Origin: an uncultured delta proteobacterium
GTDB lineage: Bacteria > Myxococcota_A > Polyangia > Polyangiales > Polyangiaceae
DNA length: 64,000 nt
Assembly: GCA_963806225.1 (NCBI GenBank)
Contig: CAWDXG010000004.1
Coordinates: forward strand, 1,536,001-1,600,000
Direction: 5' to 3'
Position numbers and translations under genes: made by a program
Shown here: in pieces, positions 50,110-60,169 of the stretch
Layout: every line of letters starts with the position of its first letter
How positions within the stretch are numbered: the stretch's first letter is position 1
Notes under the pieces: generated by a model
Databases searched by the model: none
Told to the model about the DNA's origin: nothing
The model's input: only the letters and a program-made list of their open reading frames with translations

Positions 50110-52275
50110 ATGCGCTTTTCGACCTGGTCTGCATTGACACTGCTGGTTCCTCTGGCCCTGGTGGGCTGCGGCAGCAGCAACAACAACAACGGCACGGGGG
50201 GTACCGGGGGCACAGCCGGCACCGGAGGCACGGCTGGCACCGGAGGCACGGCTGGCACCGGAGGCACGGCTGGCACCGGAGGCACAGCTGGCACCGGAGG
50301 CACAGCCGGCACCGGAGGCACAGCCGGCACCGGAGGCACAGCCGGCACCGGAGGCATGGGCGGCGCCGGGGGCGCGCAGGGCACGAGCTTCCTCGTGCAC
50401 ATCGACAACCTGTCCGGAACCAGCGCGGTGCCCACGGGCATCTCGCCGATCGTGTGGGCGCTGCACTCGGCGCCGGATCCGTTCTTCACCGCCGGCCAGC
50501 CGGATCGCGGCGACGGGCTCGAGCACGTTGCCGAGGACGGCAATCCGATGATGTTGGCGCAATCGTTGCTGTCCGACTCGGCGATCGCGGACAGCGGCGT
50601 CAACGACACCCCGATGGGCAAGTCGTCGGCCGGCCCGGCGCTGCCGGGCGACGCCTACGAGTTCACGGTCACCGCGACGCCCGCCGACGGCAAACTGTCG
50701 TTCGCCACCATGTTCGGCAACACGGGTGACATCTTCATCGCACCGAAGGGCGACGGCATCGCGCTCTTCGACCAGAGCGGCAACCCGATGGCCGAGCAGG
50801 ACGTAACGTCGCAGCTCGAGGAGTGGGATGCGGGCACGGAGCGCAACGAAGCGCCCGGCATGGGACCGGACCAGGCTCCACGACAGCCGGCTGCCAACAC
50901 GGGTCCTGCCGAGGGCGTGGTGGCCCACTTCAGCGACAGCACGCGCTCGCTGCCGGTGCCGTCGAAGATCGTGGACGTCAGTGTGAGCGAATCGGGTGGC
51001 GACTTCACGATCAAGTTCAAGAATGTCTCCGCAACGAGCGGCGCGATCGTCACGCCGATCGCACCAGTGTTCTTCGCTACACACGACTCGAGCTGGAAGC
51101 TCTTCAGCGCAGGCGGCACGGCGACTGCGGGGCTCGAGAGCCTCGCCGAGGACGGCTCACCCGCCGGGCTCGTCAGCGAGAACAACGGCGCTTCGGGCGC
51201 TGGGACGGTTGGAGCGGTCGCGAAGCCGGACGGCGCAAGCACGAACGGGCCGGCCTCGCCAGGTGACACGTACACGCTGACGGTCACCCCCGACTCGGCC
51301 CACCCGATGCTGAGCTTCGCGAGCATGATCGTCCAGAGCAACGACGCCTACATGGCGCTGCCGCCAGGAGGCGTGGCGCTGCTCGACTCGAGCGGCTCGC
51401 CGCGTCCCGCCGCGGACGTGCAGGCGGACATCCGCCGCATGCTGGCCGTGTGGGACGCGGGCACGGAGGCGAACGAGGTGCCCGGCATCGGCGCGAACCA
51501 GCCGCCTCGTCAGTCCGCCGCCAACACGGGACCCGCCGACCCGGACACCAAGATCCGCCGCTACGCGGACGACACGAACGATCTGGCCGGCACTTCTCTC
51601 GGTGGCTACGTCAGCGTGACGGTGACCAAGGCCAGCGGCACCGGCAAGTTCGACGTGACCGTGAAGAACACCGCCGACACCACGGCCTACCCGGGCAAAC
51701 TCGCCCCGGTGCTGTGGGCGGTGCATGACGGGTCCACGAAGATCTTCGAGTCGGGCAAGCCTGCCTCCAAGGGGCTCGAGCACCTGGCCGAGGACGGCAA
51801 TCCGACGGCGCTGGCGACCGCCGTGGCGGCCCTGTCCGGCGTCGGCAGCTCGGGCGTCGACAACACGGCCGTCGGGGCCAGCTCGGCCGGGCCCCTGTCG
51901 CCGGGCCAGAGCTTCACCTTCACCGTCACCGCGGACGCCTCACACCGCTTCCTGAGCCTGGCCGCCATGGTCGCACCGTCCAACGACACGTTCATGGCAC
52001 TGGATCCCGGCGGCATCGCGCTGCTCGACGCTTCCGGCAACGCCCGCTCGAACACGGACATCGCGAACGACATCGCCGCACATCTGTTCGCGTGGGACGC
52101 CGGGACCGAGGCGAACCAGTCGGGCGCCGCGGGACCCGACCAGGCCGGATACCAGTCGGCGCCCGATACCGGCGCGAGCGAGGGCGACGGCACGGTGCGC
52201 GTACTCGCTGATCCGGTCTGGGGCTATCCCTCCGTCGCGGACCTCGTGAAGGTCACGATCAAGCCCATGCCATAG
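50110..52275 (+). CDS. Lipoprotein with three spondin_N-like domains
   Basis: GGAGGGAG RBS; lipobox LVGC; three repeats each with GLE.[LV]AEDG.P and WDAGTE.N. Confidence 0.85.
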   Translation: MRFSTWSALTLLVPLALVGCGSSNNNNGTGGTGGTAGTGGTAGTGGTAGTGGTAGTGGTAGTGGTAGTGGTAGTGGTAGTGGMGGAGGAQGTSFLVHIDNLSGTSAVPTGISPIVWALHSAPDPFFTAGQPDRGDGLEHVAEDGNPMMLAQSLLSDSAIADSGVNDTPMGKSSAGPALPGDAYEFTVTATPADGKLSFATMFGNTGDIFIAPKGDGIALFDQSGNPMAEQDVTSQLEEWDAGTERNEAPGMGPDQAPRQPAANTGPAEGVVAHFSDSTRSLPVPSKIVDVSVSESGGDFTIKFKNVSATSGAIVTPIAPVFFATHDSSWKLFSAGGTATAGLESLAEDGSPAGLVSENNGASGAGTVGAVAKPDGASTNGPASPGDTYTLTVTPDSAHPMLSFASMIVQSNDAYMALPPGGVALLDSSGSPRPAADVQADIRRMLAVWDAGTEANEVPGIGANQPPRQSAANTGPADPDTKIRRYADDTNDLAGTSLGGYVSVTVTKASGTGKFDVTVKNTADTTAYPGKLAPVLWAVHDGSTKIFESGKPASKGLEHLAEDGNPTALATAVAALSGVGSSGVDNTAVGASSAGPLSPGQSFTFTVTADASHRFLSLAAMVAPSNDTFMALDPGGIALLDASGNARSNTDIANDIAAHLFAWDAGTEANQSGAAGPDQAGYQSAPDTGASEGDGTVRVLADPVWGYPSVADLVKVTIKPMP
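50191..50357 (+). repeat. 18-bp coding tandem repeat (GTGGTA peptide, about 8 copies)
   Basis: ggcaccggaggcac(a/g)gc(c/t) units forming a flexible linker after the lipobox. Confidence 0.9.
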
Positions 52276-52383
52276 CTCGAGCGCGGCGGCGCGCGGCCGA
52301 TCCCCCCCCGGTCGCGCGCCGCCGCCTCCCCTCTTCGAGTCGTCGAGCGCAACGTCCTGCCCGGAACGTCGCGCTCCTGTCTT

Positions 52384-54855
52384 TCAGGCCTCGCGCGGCT
52401 CCGCGCCCCAGATATCGCGTGCGTAACCGCGCACGGTCCGGTCGCTCGAGAAGCGGCCCATCTCTGCCACGTTCAGGATCGCGCGGCGCGTCCATTCGGC
52501 CTGATCCGCGTACACGGCCTCGACGCCACGCTGACATGCCGCGTAGCTCTTGAAGTCGGCGAGGACGAGGTAGTGATCCCCTCCGAGCAGCGTGTCGACG
52601 ATCGGCCGGAACCGTGCCGGCTCGTCGGGACTGAACATGCCGCTCTGGATCGCATCGAGCGCAGCGCGGATATCCGGATCGGCCATGTACAGCTGCCGCG
52701 GGTCGTAGCCGTCGTGCCTGAGCGCATCGGCTTGCTGTGCCTCCAGGCCGAACAGGAACATGTTCTCCTCGCCCACCGCGTCCTTGATCTCGATGTTGGC
52801 CCCGTCGAGGGTGCCCACGGTGAGCGCTCCGTTGAGCGCGAACTTCATGTTGCCGGTTCCCGAGGCCTCCGTTCCGGCGGTGGAGATCTGCTCGGACACA
52901 TCCGTCGCGGGAATGATCTGTTCGGCCAGTGTAACGCCGTAGTTGGGGACGAAGAGCACACGCAGCCGCCCGCGCGTGGCCGGATCGGCATTCACCTTGT
53001 CCGCGACGGCATTGATGAGATGGATGATGCGCTTGGCCAGGTCGTAGCCGGGCGCCGCCTTGCCACTAAAGAGGAACGTGCGGGGCGTCCGCTCCTCCGC
53101 CCGACGCGAACGCATGCGGAGGTACAGGCTGATGATGTGCAGCAGGTTGAGCAGCTGGCGCTTGTACTCGTGCAGCCGCTTCACGTGGGAATCGAGCAGA
53201 TGCGTCGGATCCAGCTCGAGGTCGTGGAAACGCTTCAGGTGCTCCGCGAGCCGTTCCTTGTTGTGGCGCTTGACCGCCTGCCAGTCATGCTGGAACTCCG
53301 GATCATCGGCGAAGGCCGCCAACTTCTGCAGCTGGTCGAGGTCGGTGATCCAGCCGTTGCCGATGCGTGAGGTGAGGAGACGACTGAGCTCCGGGTTGCA
53401 CTTGGCGAGCCACCGGCGCGGCGTCACGCCGTTCGTCTGGTTGATGATCTTGTCCGGATAGAGCTCGTTGAACTCGCGGAAGATCTCCCGGCGCAGAAGC
53501 TCCGTGTGCAGCGCCGAGACGCCGTTCACGCGCCGGCTGCCGACGATGGCGAGATGCGCCATCCGCACGCGTTTCTCGGCGCCCTCCTCGATCAAGCTCA
53601 GGCGCGCGACGCGACCCTCGTCTCCCGGGTAGCGCCGGCGCACCTCCATCAGGAAGCGCTGATTGATATCATAGATGATCTGCAGATGGCGCGGCAGCAC
53701 GCGCTCCATCAGCCAGACGGGCCAGCGTTCGAGCGCTTCGGGAAGGATCGTGTGGTTGGTGTACGCGAAACACTGCCTCGTCGTTTCCCAGGCGTCGTCC
53801 CAGCTGAAACCGTGCACGTCGGTCAGAAGGCGCATCAGCTCGGCGACGGCCAGCGCGGGATGCGTGTCATTCAGCTGGAACACCGCCTGGTCCGTCAGAT
53901 TCGACAGATCCACGTTGCGATCCAGGTGCCTGCGGAGGCAATCCTGCAGCGTGGCCGAAACAAGGAAGTACTCCTGCTTCAGCCGGAGCTCCTTGCCAGC
54001 CAGCAGATTGTCGTTCGGGTAGAGCACGCGCGTGATGTTTTCCGTCGCGCTCTTTTCCTCGACGGCCTTGATGTAGTCGCCTCGGTTGAAGTACGAGAGC
54101 TCGAACTCGCGGGTCGCCTTCGCCGACCACAGGCGCAGCGTGTTGACGATGCCGTTCTGGTAGCCGGGCACAGGGATGTCGTACGCCATCGCGTACACTT
54201 CCTGGGCGTCCACCCATTCGTGCATGATGCGCCCGGAGCTGCCGCTGTACTTGATGACCCGTCCACCGAAGTGCACGGGATACAGGCGCTCGGGTCGGGC
54301 CACCTCCCAGGGACTGCCGTAGCGCAGCCAGTTGTCCGGCTTCTCCATCTGCGCGCCGCCAACGATGTCCTGCCGGAAGATGCCGTACTCGTAGCGGATG
54401 CCGTAGCCGATGGCGGCCAGGCCCAGCGTCGCCATGGAATCGAGGAAGCACGCGGCCAGGCGTCCGAGACCGCCATTGCCGAGCCCCGCGTCATGTTCCT
54501 GGTGCTCGACCTCGGACAGGTCCATGCCGAGGTCCTCGAGCGCCTCGTCCGAGGCCGCCCGGATGTCCATGCTCCGCATGCCGTCCTCGAGCAGGCGGCC
54601 GAGCAGGTACTCCATCGACAGGTAGTACACGCGCTTCGGCCGCTCGCGGATGTTCCGGCGCCAGGTGCGGGTCCAGCGGTCGAACATGCGGTCGCGCGCC
54701 GTGTGCGCGATGCTCATGAACTGATCCAGCGAAGTCGCCGCACTCGGGTGCTTGCCCTGCGTGTGCTGGACGTGGTTCAGAAAGCTCTGCTGGATCGCGC
54801 CCGCGTCGAGGGGCAGCCCGTTGGGCGGGAGCGTGAGCCGGCGGTGGTCGGTCAT
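52384..54855 (-). CDS. glgP: Glycogen/starch/alpha-glucan phosphorylase
   Basis: DAGLGNGGLGRLAACFLDS, QLNDTHP, YTNHTILPEALE, KRLHEYKRQ, EASGTGNMKFALNG. Confidence 0.97.
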   Translation of the reverse strand: MTDHRRLTLPPNGLPLDAGAIQQSFLNHVQHTQGKHPSAATSLDQFMSIAHTARDRMFDRWTRTWRRNIRERPKRVYYLSMEYLLGRLLEDGMRSMDIRAASDEALEDLGMDLSEVEHQEHDAGLGNGGLGRLAACFLDSMATLGLAAIGYGIRYEYGIFRQDIVGGAQMEKPDNWLRYGSPWEVARPERLYPVHFGGRVIKYSGSSGRIMHEWVDAQEVYAMAYDIPVPGYQNGIVNTLRLWSAKATREFELSYFNRGDYIKAVEEKSATENITRVLYPNDNLLAGKELRLKQEYFLVSATLQDCLRRHLDRNVDLSNLTDQAVFQLNDTHPALAVAELMRLLTDVHGFSWDDAWETTRQCFAYTNHTILPEALERWPVWLMERVLPRHLQIIYDINQRFLMEVRRRYPGDEGRVARLSLIEEGAEKRVRMAHLAIVGSRRVNGVSALHTELLRREIFREFNELYPDKIINQTNGVTPRRWLAKCNPELSRLLTSRIGNGWITDLDQLQKLAAFADDPEFQHDWQAVKRHNKERLAEHLKRFHDLELDPTHLLDSHVKRLHEYKRQLLNLLHIISLYLRMRSRRAEERTPRTFLFSGKAAPGYDLAKRIIHLINAVADKVNADPATRGRLRVLFVPNYGVTLAEQIIPATDVSEQISTAGTEASGTGNMKFALNGALTVGTLDGANIEIKDAVGEENMFLFGLEAQQADALRHDGYDPRQLYMADPDIRAALDAIQSGMFSPDEPARFRPIVDTLLGGDHYLVLADFKSYAACQRGVEAVYADQAEWTRRAILNVAEMGRFSSDRTVRGYARDIWGAEPREA

Positions 54856-54956
54856 GGCGGCCCTTTTACGAGCAGACGGCCGGGAGCGCCAGTGGCAGCC
54901 CACGGCTCCCGGCTCGCGGCCCGGGAGCGCCAGGCGCCGGATAGCGGCCCCGGGGC

Positions 54957-55583
54957 TCAGCCCGCCGGAGCTTCGGGGAACAGGGCCCGGAGCGAGGGTC
55001 GGCGGGCCGCGGCCACCAACCACGCGCGAACGCGCGGCGACAGCTCCCCGAACCCGAGCCCGGCTTCCAGCGCGCGAAGCAGCATCGGAGGCACGCTCAG
55101 GTCCGCGAGACTGAACCGCCGATCGAAAGCGAAGTCGCTCTTGTCGTCGAGCAGCCGCTCGGCATCTGTTGCGAGCGAGATCAGCGCGTCGTGCTGCCGG
55201 TTCCGATCCGGATGATCGAGCGGCAGGCGCGCGAAGCCCAGCAGGGGCGCAGCCAGGCGGTGGTCGGCCAGGTCGAACAGCAGCCGCGTGCGCGCGCGGA
55301 GCTTCGGGTCGGTCGGCATCAGCGCGGGCTTGGGATGCGTTTCCTCCAGGTACTCCATGATGACGAGGGACTCGTACAGCACGACGCCACCCGGCTCCTC
55401 GTAGGTCGGAACCTGGCCCTTCGGAGTCAGCCGCCGGAGCTCCGCCTCGTCCCGCTCGGGATCGAAGCGCACCAGCTCGACTTCCAGGCCCTTCTCGGCG
55501 ACATACCCCCTCAGGCGGCGGCAGAACGGACAACGGGGACGGTGGAGGACACGGGGGACCTGGATGCGGGCAGACTCCGACAT
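54957..55583 (-). CDS. Glutathione S-transferase family protein
   Basis: CPFC, PKGQVP, LYESLVIMEYLEE, FSLADL. Confidence 0.9.
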   Translation of the reverse strand: MSESARIQVPRVLHRPRCPFCRRLRGYVAEKGLEVELVRFDPERDEAELRRLTPKGQVPTYEEPGGVVLYESLVIMEYLEETHPKPALMPTDPKLRARTRLLFDLADHRLAAPLLGFARLPLDHPDRNRQHDALISLATDAERLLDDKSDFAFDRRFSLADLSVPPMLLRALEAGLGFGELSPRVRAWLVAAARRPSLRALFPEAPAG

Positions 55584-55676
55584 GCCGCTGTCCTAGCGCC
55601 AGGTCCGGGTCAGGCCAAGCCTCGCGCCCTGGGCACATGACAGGCACCTTGGGCCGGCATGGGGTAACATTGCGGC

Positions 55677-57353
55677 ATGGTCGATATTCCCGCTGGACGC
55701 ATGTCGGGTCGCGCTCTCCGCGCGGTGGTTTCCGCTGCACGTCACACGCCGGCGCGGCATGTCTTGAGCCGCGTGCTGCGCGGGCAGCTCGGCATCGATG
55801 CCGCGAGGCGGCTGGGGGCGGAGGCGCGCGGTGATCTGCCGGTGTCGCTGGTTCCGCTCCGTGCGCGCTCCGATCACGCGCGGAGCTCGGCGGAGCTCGG
55901 AATCCCCGGGCGCGGGGACTGGCCACGCACCAGCGCGACCTACGCCGCCGCCTTCCGCGAAGAGCGGGTCGATCCGGAGCAGCTGATGGAGCGCGCCCTG
56001 TCCGGGGCGGAGCGCCTGGCCGCCAGGAGCCCGGGCGGCAGCGTGCTCCTGCACGTCGCTGCCGAACGAGCGCGGGCCGCCGCGCGCGATGCCGCCGAGC
56101 GCCTGCGCCGCGGCGAACCGCTCGGCCCGCTCGACGGAGTGCCCATCGCTATCAAGGAAGAGGTGAACGTCGAAGGCATCCCGACGCGCGTCGGAACCCG
56201 CTGGATGCCGCCGGTCCCGGCCGCCGCGGACTGCACCGCGGCGGCACGCCTGCGCGCGGCCGGCGCGGTCATCCTCGGCACGACGCCCATGACCGAATAC
56301 GGCCTGTCGCCGCTCGGCGGCAATCCGAACCGCGACATGCCGCGCAACGCCCACAACCCGGGGCGACTGCCCGGCGGTAGCTCGAGCGGCTCCGGCGTCG
56401 CAGTGGCGAGCGGCGTGGTGCCGGTAGCGCTCGGTGCCGACGGCGGCGGCTCGGTTCGCATCCCTGCCTGCCTGAACGGCGTGTTCGGCCTCAAGCCGAC
56501 GTACGGCCGCGTGCCGGTGACGGGCGAGGGTCTGACGGGCGGCAGTTCGGTAGTGCATCTGGGCCCGCTCGGCGCGTCGACGTACGACCTCGCGGTGTTC
56601 ACGCAGATCACCGCGGGCGCGGACGGGCACGACGCCGCGGCGGATGCACAACCACCCTTCGAGCGCGAGGAGTTGATCGCGGCGCTGGGGCGCGGCGTCC
56701 GCGGCCTGCGCATCGGCGTCGACGAGGACGAGTGGGCCGCCGCACGCGCGGATACGGCGCTGCCGGCGCGCGAGGCGCTCGACGCGCTGGAGCGCGAAGG
56801 CGCAACGCTGGTTCCGATACGCATGCGCATGGCGCGCTACGCCCCGGCCATCGGCTATCTCACGATCGGCCTCGAGAGCTTCAGCGCCATGCTCGACGCG
56901 CGCAAGGAGCACATGGACGAGCTCGGACCCGACGTTCAGCTGCTCCTCGCCGGCATGGAGACGTTCCGCGCCGACGACTATCTCGATGCCCAGCGCCTGC
57001 GCACGGAGCTGCGTCGCGAAGTGGCGGCCGTGCTCGCCAACGTCGACGTGCTGGCACTGCCCACAACGGCCCGGGGCGCGCCCGAGGTCAACGATCAGGA
57101 AGCGCGCGATGGGTTCGTCGACCCGCCCGCGCTCGACGCGATGTGCCGCTTCGCGTTCCTCGGCAATCTCACGGGACTCCCGGCCGGCACCGCCCCCGTC
57201 GGCTTCGACGGCGAGCGCATGCCGGTCGGCCTGCAAATCATCGGAGACGCCTGGGACGAAGCGGCCGTGCTGTCGGTGCTCGCACACCTCGAGCGGCTCG
57301 GGCAGGCGCGGGTCGCGAAACCCGCCAGCTTCGTCGATCTACTCGCGGGCTAG
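55677..57353 (+). CDS. Amidase-signature family enzyme
   Basis: PLDGVPIAIKE, GGSSSGS, GADGGGSVRIPA, GLKPTYGRV. Confidence 0.93.
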   Translation: MVDIPAGRMSGRALRAVVSAARHTPARHVLSRVLRGQLGIDAARRLGAEARGDLPVSLVPLRARSDHARSSAELGIPGRGDWPRTSATYAAAFREERVDPEQLMERALSGAERLAARSPGGSVLLHVAAERARAAARDAAERLRRGEPLGPLDGVPIAIKEEVNVEGIPTRVGTRWMPPVPAAADCTAAARLRAAGAVILGTTPMTEYGLSPLGGNPNRDMPRNAHNPGRLPGGSSSGSGVAVASGVVPVALGADGGGSVRIPACLNGVFGLKPTYGRVPVTGEGLTGGSSVVHLGPLGASTYDLAVFTQITAGADGHDAAADAQPPFEREELIAALGRGVRGLRIGVDEDEWAAARADTALPAREALDALEREGATLVPIRMRMARYAPAIGYLTIGLESFSAMLDARKEHMDELGPDVQLLLAGMETFRADDYLDAQRLRTELRREVAAVLANVDVLALPTTARGAPEVNDQEARDGFVDPPALDAMCRFAFLGNLTGLPAGTAPVGFDGERMPVGLQIIGDAWDEAAVLSVLAHLERLGQARVAKPASFVDLLAG

Positions 57354-57375
57354 CGCCGAGCGTTCGATCGGCGGG

Positions 57376-57684
57376 TCAGAGCTCTCCGGCCTCGGCCTTG
57401 GCCATCCACTTCTTGATCTCTTCCTCGATCACGCCGAGCGCCTTGCCCTTGAAGGGCTTGAGAAGGAACGGCACGTCCAGCTCCATCTCGATGTTTTTCG
57501 GGTTCACGTCGAGGCTGCCCTTCAGGCTGAAGCCCTTGACACTGAACGAGATGTCGGCGTGCTTCTCGTTCCACTCCGCCTTCGGATCGTATTGTGCGAA
57601 GCGCTCTCTGTAGCTCTGGAACGCGGCCTGCGCGACCTGCTTTGCCTTTTCCTGACCGAGGTCGTGGGGAACGACGTGCTTCAT
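57376..57684 (-). CDS. Polyhydroxyalkanoic acid system family protein
   Basis: MKHVVPHDLGQEKAK...W...G.L.V....LDVPFLLKPFKGK...IEEEI pattern; GAGAGGAAAG RBS. Confidence 0.7.
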   Translation of the reverse strand: MKHVVPHDLGQEKAKQVAQAAFQSYRERFAQYDPKAEWNEKHADISFSVKGFSLKGSLDVNPKNIEMELDVPFLLKPFKGKALGVIEEEIKKWMAKAEAGEL

Positions 57685-57733
57685 GCTTTCCTCTCGTAGC
57701 TTGCAAACATGGGGACCCTGCCCCTCCGGGAAC

Positions 57734-58696
57734 CTAGTCACCCTCGGCCGTTTGTGCCAGTTCCTCGCCTGGAAGTGTGGCCCACGCGCGCGCGAGGCGC
57801 GCTTGTCGGGCCCCCGAAGCGACCGAGAGCAGCGGCTGGTCGCGATCCCAGCGCTCTCGTTCAGCTGGCTCGGCCCGCGCCCAGTGCGCGGAGGAAGCTT
57901 CGAGCAGCCGCGCGGTCGCCTCGAGCAACCCGCCCAGCGCGACGTGCAGCTCGGGAGCCGCCGGTGGACCGGAGGCGAGCGTATGCGCCGCGGCCAGCAG
58001 CGCCAGCGCACGCTCGACGACATCGCGCGGAAAGCCAGCGCGACGTGCCACCGCCACGAGGTACGCGAGCAGAGCCGCGTGAACGTGGAGATCCTCGAGC
58101 GTGCGGAACGGCTTGAGATAGTCCGCGTAGCCGTCCCCGGGCAGCACCTCCGTGTCGGCTACGGCCACCGCGTCGAGGGTCACGACACAGTGCGGGATCT
58201 CCGGCGCGAAGGGCGTCGTGGGCAGCTGGGTGATCGCCACTCCCGGCGCGTCCGTGCGCACGCGCACCATGCGGAGCAGGTTCTGCCCCGTGTCGCGCGT
58301 GCCGGCGCTCGCCACGACCAGGAGCCCGGAGGCGAGCGAAGCCAGCGTGCTCCAGCGCTTTTCCCCGGACAACAGCAACCCGCCCTGCGACGCGGGCGCC
58401 AGCGTCGATCGGATGGCGCGAGGATGCGCGCCGCCCGCTTCCGTTGCAGACAGGCCCGTGAGGATCCCGGGTTCGAGTGATGGAACCAGAGCGCAGAGCG
58501 CCGCGTGGTAGCCGGCAGCAAACGCGAAGCCCAGCCGATCGGCAGCGAAGCCGCCGGCGATGGCGCCGTCGATCGGCGTCTCCCAGCGGCCGAGCGCTGC
58601 GCGATGCGCCGACCAGTACTCCTCGATGGATCCGGCCGCGAAGGGCACCGGTGGTGAGCCCGCCAGATGCGTGAGCCAGGCCAACGCTCCGGTCAT
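57734..58696 (-). CDS. Acyl-CoA dehydrogenase-like protein
   Basis: AFAAGYHAAL, ATEAGGAHP, LSGEKRW, GDGYADYLKPFRTLEDLHV. Confidence 0.75.
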   Translation of the reverse strand: MTGALAWLTHLAGSPPVPFAAGSIEEYWSAHRAALGRWETPIDGAIAGGFAADRLGFAFAAGYHAALCALVPSLEPGILTGLSATEAGGAHPRAIRSTLAPASQGGLLLSGEKRWSTLASLASGLLVVASAGTRDTGQNLLRMVRVRTDAPGVAITQLPTTPFAPEIPHCVVTLDAVAVADTEVLPGDGYADYLKPFRTLEDLHVHAALLAYLVAVARRAGFPRDVVERALALLAAAHTLASGPPAAPELHVALGGLLEATARLLEASSAHWARAEPAERERWDRDQPLLSVASGARQARLARAWATLPGEELAQTAEGD

Positions 58697-59547
58697 GGTC
58701 TATCGCGCGACTCGACGGAGAGCTCGGTCACCACGCCGAAGTGATCGGACGGCCAGACCTCGCGCCCCGCCTCGGCCTCGGGCGCGGCAAAACAGATCCG
58801 CGTATCGAGCGGCTCGCCGCGCAGCTTGCGGTCGGGGCCCCGCACGAAGATGTAGTCGATGCGGCGCGGCGGCTCGTGCGACACGGCAGCAAAGCAATTC
58901 CTGCGATCGAAGGTGTACCCCGGCCCGCCGTCGCCGCCGTAGCGCCACGCGTCGGCAAAGAACACGCTCCTGCCTTCCACCGTGGCGAACCCGTGCAGAT
59001 AGCGGATCTCGTCCGACTCCGGCTCTGCGTTGAAGTCCCCCATCAGCACGGGCGGTAGGCAGCGCTCGTCGACCGGCGCACGCTCGAAGATGCGCTCGAC
59101 GATGTGCCGGACCTGGCGCAGGCGCACCCAGCCGTGATGCAGCTTCCAGTTCAGATGCGTCACGAACACCGGGAGCACGCCGTAGGGCGTGTCGACACGC
59201 GCAAAGAGCAGCGAGCGGCTCTCGCCGCTATCGAGATCGGGAAGCGGATCGACGGCCTGCTCGATGATCGGAAAGCGGCTGAGCAGCGCGTTGCCGAACG
59301 CCAGGCTGCCGCCGTAGTCGCTGGCCCGCCCGAACGCGATGTCGTATCCGAGACCCTGGGCGATCTCGCTGGCCTGATCGGTGTCCGGACCGGGCTCACC
59401 GCCGTCGGGCACGAGCCTGAGGACCTCCTGCAGCCCGAGCAGATCGGGGGAGAGGGTCTGGAGCTCGCGGCGAATCAGTTCGAGCCGGGCGGACCAGGGA
59501 CCGGACTTGTGCCAGATGTTCAGAGTGGCGACGCGGAGTCGTTGCAT
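58693..59547 (-). CDS. Endonuclease/exonuclease/phosphatase family protein
   Basis: ATLNIW, LQEV, GNALLSRFP, THL, MGDFNA, RIDYIF, SDH; an upstream start at 59616 is possible. Confidence 0.9.
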   Translation of the reverse strand: MQRLRVATLNIWHKSGPWSARLELIRRELQTLSPDLLGLQEVLRLVPDGGEPGPDTDQASEIAQGLGYDIAFGRASDYGGSLAFGNALLSRFPIIEQAVDPLPDLDSGESRSLLFARVDTPYGVLPVFVTHLNWKLHHGWVRLRQVRHIVERIFERAPVDERCLPPVLMGDFNAEPESDEIRYLHGFATVEGRSVFFADAWRYGGDGGPGYTFDRRNCFAAVSHEPPRRIDYIFVRGPDRKLRGEPLDTRICFAAPEAEAGREVWPSDHFGVVTELSVESRDRP

Positions 59548-59671
59548 ATCCCGTGCGCGCCGGGCTCGAGGACCCGACGTAACGTCATCCTGGCGCTTCC
59601 GGGGCGTCGAGTCCATCGCCCTGGCCAGCGCGCCTCCGGAGCGTTAGCCTCCGCATTTGGAGGCTTGTCGA

Positions 59672-60169
59672 ATGGGATACGACGAACACCGCGGCGACGG
59701 ACACGACCACCACCACCATCATCATCACGACCACGACCATCCCGACCGTCACCATCACGACGGTCGCGACGGCGGCCCCCGTGGACCGGAAGGCACCGGG
59801 TTCCTCGACCTCGAAATAAGCCGCGTGCTCATGGGTGAATCGGGAAGGATCGCCCACGAAGTCGCGCTCGATATCGTCCGCGAGGCGGCTCGCGAGCGCC
59901 TGCGCGAGCGCCTCGGCGACCGGTTGGCAGCGGTAGGGCAATTGGCGGCGGACGAGCTGGCCGATGACGTGGAAGCCAATCTGGAAATAGAGGCTCGCAT
60001 CGGCGAGCGCAGGGAGAAGTCCGGCAGTCTGGAAGAGCGGCTGCGCGACGCGCTGCGTTCCCCGGGCGGCAGCAGCACGGGCCCGACCGCGCGCCGGACC
60101 GCCGCGGCCGCCGGACGCAGCAAGAAGAAGAAGAAGAAGAGCCGCGGCAAGCGCCCCGTGCGGGGCTAG
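59672..60169 (+). CDS. Hypothetical protein with His-rich N-terminus and Lys-rich tail
   Basis: GGAGG RBS; HDHHHHHHHDHDHPDRHHH; helical core; KKKKKK tail; stop overlaps that of the convergent gene. Confidence 0.65.
   Translation: MGYDEHRGDGHDHHHHHHHDHDHPDRHHHDGRDGGPRGPEGTGFLDLEISRVLMGESGRIAHEVALDIVREAARERLRERLGDRLAAVGQLAADELADDVEANLEIEARIGERREKSGSLEERLRDALRSPGGSSTGPTARRTAAAAGRSKKKKKKSRGKRPVRG

Noticed and set aside
54856..55926. Apparent 357-aa N-terminal extension of glycogen phosphorylase
   Set aside because: It overlaps the GST gene in another frame; the phosphorylase most plausibly starts at 54855.
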